A stretch of 32,000 nucleotides of DNA from Candidatus Methanoperedens sp. (GTDB taxonomy: Archaea; Halobacteriota; Methanosarcinia; Methanosarcinales; Methanoperedenaceae), in the NCBI GenBank assembly GCA_027460535.1, contig JAPZAR010000036.1, forward strand, positions 1 to 32,000, in the 5' to 3' direction. The notes beneath the pieces were generated by a model. The model saw only the letters and a list, made by a program, of their open reading frames with translations, did no database searches and was not told the DNA's origin. Below are positions 7,641-15,196 of this stretch, one piece after another (the stretch's first letter is position 1; every line of letters begins with the position of its first letter). The position numbers and the translations under genes are program-made.

Positions 7641-7650
7641 CCCGCGACTA

Positions 7651-7830
7651 CCCGGGCACCGAGCACTGGACGGCGCGCAGGGACTGTCGCCCAACCGCCC
7701 GCAGGCGCCTTTGCCCGCACCCGGCGTGCTCAGGGCGGCGCAGGGCTTGGAGCAGATATACAATAATTGACCGTTAAGATGGAGAGATGGATTTTTTATG
7801 AGAATAAAAAAATCTGTAGGATTACTTTTA
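7651..7830 (+). repeat. Modular intergenic repeat, copy D (G+R)
   Basis: cccgggcaccgagcactggacggcgcgcagggactgtcgcccaaccgcccgcaggcgcctttgcccgcacccggcgtgctcagggcggcgcagggcttggagcagatatacaataattgac...ggattactt. Ends 159 nt upstream of the 7989 gene. Confidence 0.75.
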
Positions 7831-7988
7831 ATTATAAAGATAAACTTTAAGATATAATATTACTATTAATAAAGGTGAAAAAAGGGATAATGATGGTACG
7901 AAACTAAATAAAGGCAGTGTTTGGCATGGTAAAAAACACGAAAAAGTCAAGTTAATTCTTAAACAATGATCAATAAGGGGCGATTTAA

Positions 7989-9119
7989 ATGATTGAAATC
8001 GAAATTATTTTACTAATAATTGGTTTAATTGCCGGTTTTGTTGCAGGATACTTTTACGGTAAAGCTAAAACCTATCAGCCTGCGGATGTTTCTGCTATTC
8101 ATGGTTTGGCTACTCAGGTTGCCGAGATTAAGACCAAGTTTGTTGAAATAGAAAAATCTCGTGAAAGAATCGAGAAGGAACGAGAGAAGGTATCTGAAGA
8201 GAAAGATAAACGTATAAAAGAATTCATGGATAATGTTCATAAATTGTTCATGGAACAAGGGGAAAAATATGCCAAATCTGATGAAGAGAAAGAGAAGCGT
8301 ATTAAGGAGATGATGGAACAAAGTAAGAAATTCTTCGAGGGAGAAAAGAAGAATACTGAAAACTTCTTATTAGAACAAGGAAAATCACGTGAAGAAATCG
8401 AAAAGAAGAGAGATGCACAGATTGCAGATATGAATAGGATGATTTCTTCGTTTACTAAGACTGTTTCCGGAACAAAAAGCCGAGGAATCATCGGAGAAGA
8501 AATACTCAAAGAAGTGCTTAGTAACTCTATTAAAGCAGATGTTGTGAAATACAACCTGAAAACTGATGGTGGAGAAATAGAATTTGCATGGAATCTTGAA
8601 GATGGAAAATATATTCCTATAGATTCAAAACTACCAGATGTTTTTGACCTTCTGGAAAAATATCATGAAACAGAAGATGCTAAAGAAAGAAAAGATTATA
8701 GAAAAGAGATTATTGATAAAACAAGGAAAGAGATTAAACGTGTACAAAAATATCAAAATCTATCAAATACAATAGACACGTGCTTATTGGTTGTACCAGA
8801 CGGAATACTAGAAATAGCGCCAGAACTCGTAGGAATGGGAAAAGAAGAAAATGTATTCGTATGCACATATAAGGATGTATTTCCAATAGCACACATGCTG
8901 CACGACCAATACATCAAACTCAAAAAAGAAGGGGATATAGGAAAATACAAACAATTGGTAAAAGTCCTATTCCAAATACTGGAAAAAGTAAGCAAAAAAA
9001 CAGAAACAATAGAAAAAGCAGTGACACAAATACAGAATGCTAATACTGAAATAAAAAAAGAGGTCAAAAAGTGTAAGGATACAGAAGAAGATAACTCTGA
9101 CAATGCCAACACGAATTAA
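7989..9119 (+). CDS. Membrane-anchored coiled-coil RmuC-family (PD-(D/E)xK-like) DNA recombination/nuclease protein
   Basis: 376 aa with an N-terminal TM helix (IEIILLIIGLIAGFVAGYFYG) and ~130 aa of E/K-rich coiled coil. The C-terminal region carries RmuC-like motifs: SRGIIGEEILKEVL (compare GnWGE..LE..L), EIEFAW...GKYIPIDSKLP (compare PD....LP....I.IDAKFP) and NTIDTCLLVVPDGILE (compare df.vmFiP.E). The family call rests on remembered motif patterns, not a search. Confidence 0.65.
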   Translation: MIEIEIILLIIGLIAGFVAGYFYGKAKTYQPADVSAIHGLATQVAEIKTKFVEIEKSRERIEKEREKVSEEKDKRIKEFMDNVHKLFMEQGEKYAKSDEEKEKRIKEMMEQSKKFFEGEKKNTENFLLEQGKSREEIEKKRDAQIADMNRMISSFTKTVSGTKSRGIIGEEILKEVLSNSIKADVVKYNLKTDGGEIEFAWNLEDGKYIPIDSKLPDVFDLLEKYHETEDAKERKDYRKEIIDKTRKEIKRVQKYQNLSNTIDTCLLVVPDGILEIAPELVGMGKEENVFVCTYKDVFPIAHMLHDQYIKLKKEGDIGKYKQLVKVLFQILEKVSKKTETIEKAVTQIQNANTEIKKEVKKCKDTEEDNSDNANTN

Positions 9120-9231
9120 AACTGTCTATAATTGGCACAAAATATACAAACCATTCAAAATATGGTTTTATAAGAAAAATTCAATTTAAAAGTATATAAT
9201 TAAAGAGATTTTAGAGTGAAAATTGATCTAA

Positions 9232-9399
9232 ATGGAAAAAGAATATTTGGAAGATTATCTTGCAAAAGAAGAAAAGGAAATAGAGAGATTTTTAGATGAT
9301 CTCCTTAGAGTAGATTCTCATTCTTCATATCCTGATAAAAACCGATTTCATAAATTAAAAGAACCAATTGGGATGGCTGATACTTATAATTCCATTTGA
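9232..9399 (+). CDS. Hypothetical 55-aa ORF, possibly the broken 5' end of the downstream gene
   Basis: MEKEYLEDYLAKEEKEIERFLDDLLRVDSHSSYPDKNRFHKLKEPIGMADTYNSI*. Below the ORF-track size cut-off, no recognisable family. Same AT-rich composition as its neighbours. Confidence 0.25.
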   Translation: MEKEYLEDYLAKEEKEIERFLDDLLRVDSHSSYPDKNRFHKLKEPIGMADTYNSI

Positions 9400-9505
9400 A
9401 CGCAAATTCCATTATTTGGTTCACTTATAATCCCGATAAGGCCCAGAACCAGAGGATATTTTCTATAAATCTTATGGCATAGAAAAGCGAGATTTTGAGA
9501 GACTA

Positions 9506-10480
9506 ATGGATTTCTGTAAAGATACAGGAAAAGTTCAATTCACATTGAATGGAGATCCAAAATTATTTAAAGGTTTGGACTTTTTGGATCCATTATTCGA
9601 AGAATTACATTCACCACTAGTTTATAATATACCATTAAGATATCAAATTGAACCCAAAAAATTAGACAATTATCAGACCGAATTTGAAACTTTAATTAAT
9701 CTACAATCTCAAACAGGTACGAATTGTATCGATTATTTAAATTTTTTAGTTAAAAATAGTGCAACTCACTATAATCTTAAAGAACTCTTAATTGAAAATT
9801 TGCAATATTATGCTTTTTTTAAGGAATATGGATATAATGAACTAATAGAAAAATTTGAATATCTGTCGCTGTTTGATTCAGAAAAAGCAATGATTTTATT
9901 AGCTCGTTTTGGGGAATTAATTGTTGATACAAATCGAAATTCCTTAAAATCAGACTATGTTTTTTCTTTGAAATCAGTAGCTGAATTAAGCTCTTGCATC
10001 AATAGACCTGATTTGATTGAAAACAATAATATTCATGAAATAGGAAAATTTCTTTTAAATAAATTAACATTCATGCCCGAAAGCTTTGATGCCTGTAAAT
10101 ATGTTATTGACAGATATGAGCAAGAAGACTTATACAAAGTATCAGTTTCACTGCATAAAGGCATAACTGAATCAGATATTGATTTAATTGACAAAGAAAA
10201 GATTGAATTATCTGATATTTTAGAAAATGTTTGGACTGATGCAACATTAGAAAAAAGAATTACAGGTCTAAGATATGGAATTCCAATTACAATGGCATTA
10301 GTTGGAACATTGGCAGTAGGGGGAGTAGGATTACTCGCCGGCTTAGGTATAACAGGAGTTTCTGAAATCATTGCAGTTAATCAAGAATCGATTGGGGAAA
10401 AGCTCGCCAAAAAAACAGTACCTGATCATGTAGTTAACATCTTTGACTTTAAGAAAAAATATAATATTGAAAAGCAATAG
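9506..10480 (+). CDS. Hypothetical tail-anchored membrane protein, no recognisable domain
   Basis: 324-aa ORF. A single C-terminal TM segment (IPITMALVGTLAVGGVGLLAGLGITGV) lies ~45 aa before the end. Asn/Lys/Ile/Glu-rich and visibly AT-rich. Confidence 0.55.
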   Translation: MDFCKDTGKVQFTLNGDPKLFKGLDFLDPLFEELHSPLVYNIPLRYQIEPKKLDNYQTEFETLINLQSQTGTNCIDYLNFLVKNSATHYNLKELLIENLQYYAFFKEYGYNELIEKFEYLSLFDSEKAMILLARFGELIVDTNRNSLKSDYVFSLKSVAELSSCINRPDLIENNNIHEIGKFLLNKLTFMPESFDACKYVIDRYEQEDLYKVSVSLHKGITESDIDLIDKEKIELSDILENVWTDATLEKRITGLRYGIPITMALVGTLAVGGVGLLAGLGITGVSEIIAVNQESIGEKLAKKTVPDHVVNIFDFKKKYNIEKQ

Positions 10481-10697
10481 CTATGAATACGGTGATTTTA
10501 GATGGAAAATTTAATGTAGTGGTGATATTTGGCCTACGAGGAAGCCCTTAAAATTGATTACAAAAGAAGAATTTCCAGAAATTATCAATTAGTAGAACAA
10601 AATCTCCAGGGACTCTTTGAGTTCCGCAAGGTAAATAATTCACGAAGCTATTAAGTAAAAAATATCTATGCGACCCAAGCAATCCCACATGATTTTC

Positions 10698-11477
10698 TCA
10701 CTCCTCACAACTCCAGCAATAGAACGCCGTAGTCTTATATTGGATAGCGCCTGTGTTACTTACAAGTCGGATGGGTATGATCAAAACGTCGCCTTTTTTA
10801 GGTTCCATTCCATCCTTGAAGAACAGAGTGAGGGTATATACGCCTTCAGTTGGACGGTGGACAGAAGCCCAGAAACTTACCGGGACAGAATCTAACTTAT
10901 TGGTACGGGCATTTGCATCGATTTCGGGGAATTCCGCGAGCGCATCTGCTCTCTTATAGTAGACTGGTACGCTGGACTCCTCAAAAGTGACATTATTTAC
11001 CATGGGTGTCCCTTTATCTGTTAAATTCGTGGAAACCCACAGTATAAGTGTGGGTTTTGCCGACGTTGGTGAAGGAGTTGCTATAGGTGTCGGAATTTGG
11101 GTTTGTATTGGATTAGGTGTTGGATTTTTTATTTGCGAACCCCCGCTACCTTGAGTTGTGGAACATACTAATATCTGATTTTCAGCATTGATCCAAGATA
11201 CAACTTTTAAATCTCCTTCGCTTACTGTTGCCTTGTACATAGCTACAGGAGTTATAGGCTTGTCACATTGTTGGCTAATTTCTTGTAATGATTTTACCAC
11301 ATCATCTTTTGACCAATAAGTAACTGTTATTTTAGCGCTTGGATGTTCATTCATAAATTGTTGAACTTCAGGTAAAGCTTTGAATGCTGAAGTAACATCC
11401 TGACCACCAGTACAACCGGAAGCAATAATAGCTAAACCGGTGATCATGATTAATAAAAGATTTGAATATTTCGCCAT
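10698..11477 (-). CDS. Secreted lipoprotein-like hypothetical protein
   Basis: MAKYSNLLLIMITGLAIIASGC is a signal peptide with a lipobox-like ASGC. A Pro/Thr-rich linker follows (NPTPNPIQTQIPTPIATPSPTSAKPT), with two flanking globular halves. Confidence 0.65.
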   Translation of the reverse strand: MAKYSNLLLIMITGLAIIASGCTGGQDVTSAFKALPEVQQFMNEHPSAKITVTYWSKDDVVKSLQEISQQCDKPITPVAMYKATVSEGDLKVVSWINAENQILVCSTTQGSGGSQIKNPTPNPIQTQIPTPIATPSPTSAKPTLILWVSTNLTDKGTPMVNNVTFEESSVPVYYKRADALAEFPEIDANARTNKLDSVPVSFWASVHRPTEGVYTLTLFFKDGMEPKKGDVLIIPIRLVSNTGAIQYKTTAFYCWSCEE

Positions 11478-11550
11478 TTAGTATCATTTAGGTTTATTTT
11501 ATATTGTAATATAAAAATCTGTTGGTTCTTATAATCCGCAAACGACATAT

Positions 11551-12798
11551 TCAAATCTGCACAAACCGCGCCGCTTTCCCAAGCTCTTCCTCTATCCTCA
11601 GCAATTGATTGTACTTGGCATTGCGCTCGCTCCTCGCAGGCGCGCCTGTCTTTATCATCTCTGCTCCAAGGGCAACGGAGATATCTGCGATGGTGGTATC
11701 CTCTGTTTCCGCTGACCTGTGGCTCACTACTACTTTATATTTATTCTTCTGGGCAAGCCTTGCAGCATCAAATGCCTCGGAGAGCGTGCCTATCTGGTTG
11801 ACCTTGAGCAGCAGTGCATTTGCAGCGTTCATCTTAATGCCCTTTCCCAGCCGCGCCACATTGGTTACAAAAAGGTCATCTCCTATGATTATGGTATCCT
11901 TGAGTTCCTTTGTCAGAGCTGCGAAATCATCGAACGCATCTTCGTGGAACGGGTCTTCGATGGAAAGGATAGGATAGGTCTTTACGAGGCCGGAATAAAA
12001 GTCTATCAGGTCGTCATTTGAGAACGTCCTGCCGTCCACATGATAAATACCGTTCTTATAGAACTCGGAAGCTGCAGCATCCAGGCCTATGGTGATCTTT
12101 TTCTCATACCCGGCTTCCTCAATGGCATTTGCGAGGGAATCAAGCGCATCAATCGTCCTTGAAAGCGGCGGCGCGTATCCGCCCTCGTATCCCACATTGA
12201 CCGCGGAAGCGCCGTATTTTTTTACAAGTATGGCGCCCAGGGTGTGATAGGTCTCTGAGCCCATTCGAAGGGCTTCGGAAAAGGTCCTTGCTCCTCTGGG
12301 CTGGATCATGAATTCCTGTATCGCAAGTTCATTGCCCGCATGTTTTCCCCCGTTTATCACGTTCATTGTTGGGCAGGGGAGCATGAATGAGTTCGTGCCG
12401 CCCAGATAGCGGTAAAGGGAAAGCCCGAGGGAATCCGCCGCGGCGTGTGCAACAGCCAGTGAGACGCCAAGGATCGCATTGGCGCCAAGCCTTGATTTAT
12501 TCTCGGTTCCATCAAGCTCGATCATTATCCTGTCGATATCACGCTGCTCCCGGGCGTCCATTCCAAGGAGCGCTTCCTTTATTTCGGTATTGACATTGTT
12601 CACCGCTATCATAACGCCCTTGCCGGAATAACGATTATCTTTGTCCCTTATCTCCAGCGCCTCATTAGTTCCCGTGGACGCGCCCGATGGGACGCTTGCA
12701 CGCCCGAAACCGCTTTCGGTAAGGACATCAACTTCTACTGTGGGATTTCCACGCGAATCAAGTATTTCCCTGGCATGAATGTGTTCGATTGTAAACAA
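11551..12798 (-). CDS. eno: Enolase (2-phosphoglycerate dehydratase)
   Basis: AREILDSRGNPTVEVDV at the N-terminus and VSHRSAETEDTTIADISVALGAEMIKTGAPARSERNAKYNQLLRIEEEL at the C-terminus. TTG start preceded by GGGTGAG 5 nt upstream. Confidence 0.97.
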   Translation of the reverse strand: MFTIEHIHAREILDSRGNPTVEVDVLTESGFGRASVPSGASTGTNEALEIRDKDNRYSGKGVMIAVNNVNTEIKEALLGMDAREQRDIDRIMIELDGTENKSRLGANAILGVSLAVAHAAADSLGLSLYRYLGGTNSFMLPCPTMNVINGGKHAGNELAIQEFMIQPRGARTFSEALRMGSETYHTLGAILVKKYGASAVNVGYEGGYAPPLSRTIDALDSLANAIEEAGYEKKITIGLDAAASEFYKNGIYHVDGRTFSNDDLIDFYSGLVKTYPILSIEDPFHEDAFDDFAALTKELKDTIIIGDDLFVTNVARLGKGIKMNAANALLLKVNQIGTLSEAFDAARLAQKNKYKVVVSHRSAETEDTTIADISVALGAEMIKTGAPARSERNAKYNQLLRIEEELGKAARFVQI

Positions 12799-12852
12799 TA
12801 TCTCACCCTTTTGACCTGAATAGATTTCATACTTATTAAATATTCTTAATAA

Positions 12853-14115
12853 TTATCCCGTGATATTCAATATCGCATTCCTCGCATCCTCAATGATCTT
12901 CTCTTCGTCAAGTTTCACTTCATGATCTTCCATCAGTATTTTTCCATCCACTATCGTTGTCCTAACATCGCATCCCGAAGCGCCGTGAACAAGAGCCGAA
13001 ATCAGATTCGAAGATGTAAACTGCGGTTTTTTAAGCTCAACAAGAATAATATCCGCAAGATACCCTGGCTTGAGCATACCCGCTTTTATCCCCAGCGCAC
13101 GCGCCCCGTTCACTGTCGCCATCTCGAGCACTTTTGATACTGGCATCGCAGCGGGGTCTTTGAGCTTGTGAAGCAACGACGCCATACGCATCTCCTTCCA
13201 CATATCAAGGCTCCCTCCTGAAGCGGCGCCGTCGGTGCCAAGCGCCACGTTAATGCCTCGCTCAAGCATCTTCGGCACAGGCGATATCCCGGCGCCGAGA
13301 GCCATGTTGCTTGCAGGGCAGTGGACGACGTTAACGTTTTCGTTTTTCAGAATATCAATATCATCATCTGACAGCCAGATACAGTGAGCTGCAATGACAT
13401 CTTCCCCCAGAAAACCAATGCTTTTGAGGAAATTTATTGAGCACATGCCGTAGCGTTTTTTCATTAAATTCAATTCATATTCTGTTTCAAGGACATGGAT
13501 ATGAATCCCTACCTTATCCTTCCTCGCCTGTTCCCTGACTTTAATCAAAAATTCTCTTGAACATGATAACGCTGAATGCGGCGCATACATGGTCGTGATC
13601 CTGCCATTTGCAGCGCCGTTACATTTTCTTACAAAATTCGCCCTGCTCTTTAGTTTTGTCTCTGAATCTTCATTGAGCCCCTCTATCATGCCGTAACCAA
13701 GCGCCGCCCTGATACCGGTCTCTTCCACGACCCGTGCTACCTCATCCATATGGATATACATGTCCGCAAAAGTCGTGGTACCGGACCTGATCATCTCAAG
13801 CGCGCCGAGATACGCGCCAGCCCTGACATCGGCAGGGGTGAGTTCCATCTCAGCTCTCTGTATTTTTTTGGTCCATTCGTTATACGCGAGGTCGTCTGCA
13901 AACCCGCGAAAAAGCGCCATTGATAGGTGCGTGTGGGAGTTGATAAGACCTGGCATGATAGCGCAGCCTTTTGCGTCAATAACTTTATCGGCTCTTTCTT
14001 TTGTCTCTTTTCCCACGAATGTTATGAGGCCATTTTCGATGACAACTACCCCATTATCAAGGATTGCCCCGTCCGCGATGAGCACACGACCGCCTTTAAT
14101 TATCAGGTCTGCCAT
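12853..14115 (-). CDS. mtaD: Amidohydrolase-superfamily nucleoside deaminase, best fit 5-methylthioadenosine/S-adenosylhomocysteine (5'-deoxyadenosine) deaminase
   Basis: 420 aa. LINSHTHLSMALFRGFADD provides the HxH metal site; HIHVLETEYE, AAHCIWL and LGTDGAASGG provide the distal His/Asp ligands. Overall layout resembles MtaD/DadD. The exact substrate is inference. Confidence 0.75.
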   Translation of the reverse strand: MADLIIKGGRVLIADGAILDNGVVVIENGLITFVGKETKERADKVIDAKGCAIMPGLINSHTHLSMALFRGFADDLAYNEWTKKIQRAEMELTPADVRAGAYLGALEMIRSGTTTFADMYIHMDEVARVVEETGIRAALGYGMIEGLNEDSETKLKSRANFVRKCNGAANGRITTMYAPHSALSCSREFLIKVREQARKDKVGIHIHVLETEYELNLMKKRYGMCSINFLKSIGFLGEDVIAAHCIWLSDDDIDILKNENVNVVHCPASNMALGAGISPVPKMLERGINVALGTDGAASGGSLDMWKEMRMASLLHKLKDPAAMPVSKVLEMATVNGARALGIKAGMLKPGYLADIILVELKKPQFTSSNLISALVHGASGCDVRTTIVDGKILMEDHEVKLDEEKIIEDARNAILNITG

Positions 14116-14176
14116 AAGAGATCAAACATGGTTGGATAATAAAATTTTTTCCAGCGGTCTGGAATGCCAATAGGAC

Positions 14177-14563
14177 TCAATATTTATAAGAGTCTGCCTC
14201 TTCTATAGCTTTTTTTTCTTTCTTGAGAGGTTCATTTTTGATATCGATATCCCCTTTGATCGGTCTCTGCTTCTCGGCGACAATCCCAACATTCATTGCG
14301 ATTTTCTTAAGGGATTCCCTGGAATCATTGATTTCTTTTGTAGACTGCCTGGGCTTTGATCTTCTTTTTTTAAGTTTATAGCCGGCAAGCGGTAATTCCG
14401 ATTTCATGAGCCCAAGCTCTACTTTCCGTTTATTTATCAGGTTAAGGATGGGTTGTCTTGCGTTTTCCGGCATGCGTTTCAACATACTTTCAAGATGGTC
14501 AAGGACTTCATCTTTTTCTTTTTCGGTTGTTTTTATCTCATCCATGTTTCGTCCATTATTCAT
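14177..14563 (-). CDS. Hypothetical Lys/Glu-rich basic protein
   Basis: 128-aa ORF with no recognised motif. It sits between mtaD and the divergent tRNA/rpoH region. The start may be the internal MDEIKTT. Confidence 0.45.
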   Translation of the reverse strand: MNNGRNMDEIKTTEKEKDEVLDHLESMLKRMPENARQPILNLINKRKVELGLMKSELPLAGYKLKKRRSKPRQSTKEINDSRESLKKIAMNVGIVAEKQRPIKGDIDIKNEPLKKEKKAIEEADSYKY

Positions 14564-14803
14564 TCATGCAGAATTACTCAAGGATATATAAATTATTTCA
14601 TGAAATTCTCCTGTCAAACAGACATGCTTTGATCATCACTTTTCCAGGGTTAATTAAAAAGTCAATATGGGAACAGAGAAAGATTTAAGACTAAGGAGGT
14701 TGTGTAAGGGGCGCACGTCCACGAGGTTTTAACTGATTTGCAATTTATTGTTGAGCAATTATCTTTCATGATTGAGAGCATTAGAATAAAGGATAATGGG
14801 TTT

Positions 14804-14900
14804 GGGCTCGTAGCTCAGTCAGGCAGAGCACCGGGCTTTTATTCAGACGAAAGAATGAAAAGATACCCGATGGTCGAGGGTTCAAATCCCTCCGAGCCCG
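14804..14900 (+). tRNA. tRNA-Lys (anticodon TTT) with a 23-nt canonical intron (14842-14864)
   Basis: Acceptor GGGCTCG/CGAGCCC plus discriminator G; D arm GCTC-AGTCAGGCA-GAGC; anticodon arm CCGGG-CTTTTA[intron]A-CCCGA (27:43 is a C-A mismatch); T arm GAGGG-TTCAAAT-CCCTC. The intron follows position 37. CTTT(32-35) pairs with intron AAAG, flanked by two 3-nt bulges containing the splice sites, plus an outer TCA/TGA helix (a bulge-helix-bulge motif). Confidence 0.85.
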
Positions 14901-14921
14901 TTTTGCCCGGGAGGTAATAAA

Positions 14922-15179
14922 ATGAAGGAGAAGGAGCCTACTGGAAGGGAGTTTGCGCCCTTAGGACATAAACTGGTACCAAAGCATGAAATTGTAGATG
15001 AAAATGAATTAAGTAAAGTTCTGGCAGAATATGATATAGAGAAAGAACAAATGCCCAAGATCCGGGTTTCAGACCCGGCTGCAGTGGCGATCAAAGCAAA
15101 AGTCGGGGATGTCGTACAGGTCACGCGTGACAGCCATACTGCAGGCACGTCCCTATTCTACAGATTGGTTATCGCATAA
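14922..15179 (+). CDS. rpoH: DNA-directed RNA polymerase subunit H (Rpo5)
   Basis: HKLVPKHEIVDENELSKVLAEYDIEKEQMPKIRVSDPAAVAIKAKVGDVVQVTRDSHTAGTSLFYRLVI is the RpoH/Rpb5 C-domain pattern. GGAGGT (14910-15) lies 6 nt before the ATG. Confidence 0.9.
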   Translation: MKEKEPTGREFAPLGHKLVPKHEIVDENELSKVLAEYDIEKEQMPKIRVSDPAAVAIKAKVGDVVQVTRDSHTAGTSLFYRLVIA

Positions 15180-15196
15180 ATTGATGGAGTCGTAAT

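Noticed and set aside
7651-7760. The G segment as a known structured RNA (group II intron domain V, tRNA fragment/att site, SRP or RNase P piece)
   Set aside because: It does not match the consensus sequences I remember for these. Internal pairings are not conserved between copies A, B and D beyond the outer helix. Left as an unassigned repeat.
7194-7790. Integron attC interpretation of the G/R repeat: GCCCAAC at ~7201-7207 and 7688-7694 fits R'' RYYYAAC, and gttaaga/gttagga downstream resembles R' GTTRRRY
   Set aside because: The putative R'' and R' are not mutually complementary beyond AAC/GTT. The R'' match is absent in copies A and B. The last R' position is A rather than Y, and no integron-type integrase is in the window. 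The cassette-like layout is kept as a finding, but not the attC identification.
10668-10959. Plus-strand ORFs 10668-10895 and 10753-10959
   Set aside because: They are antisense to the longer lipoprotein-like gene (10698-11477), which has a clear signal peptide and lipobox.
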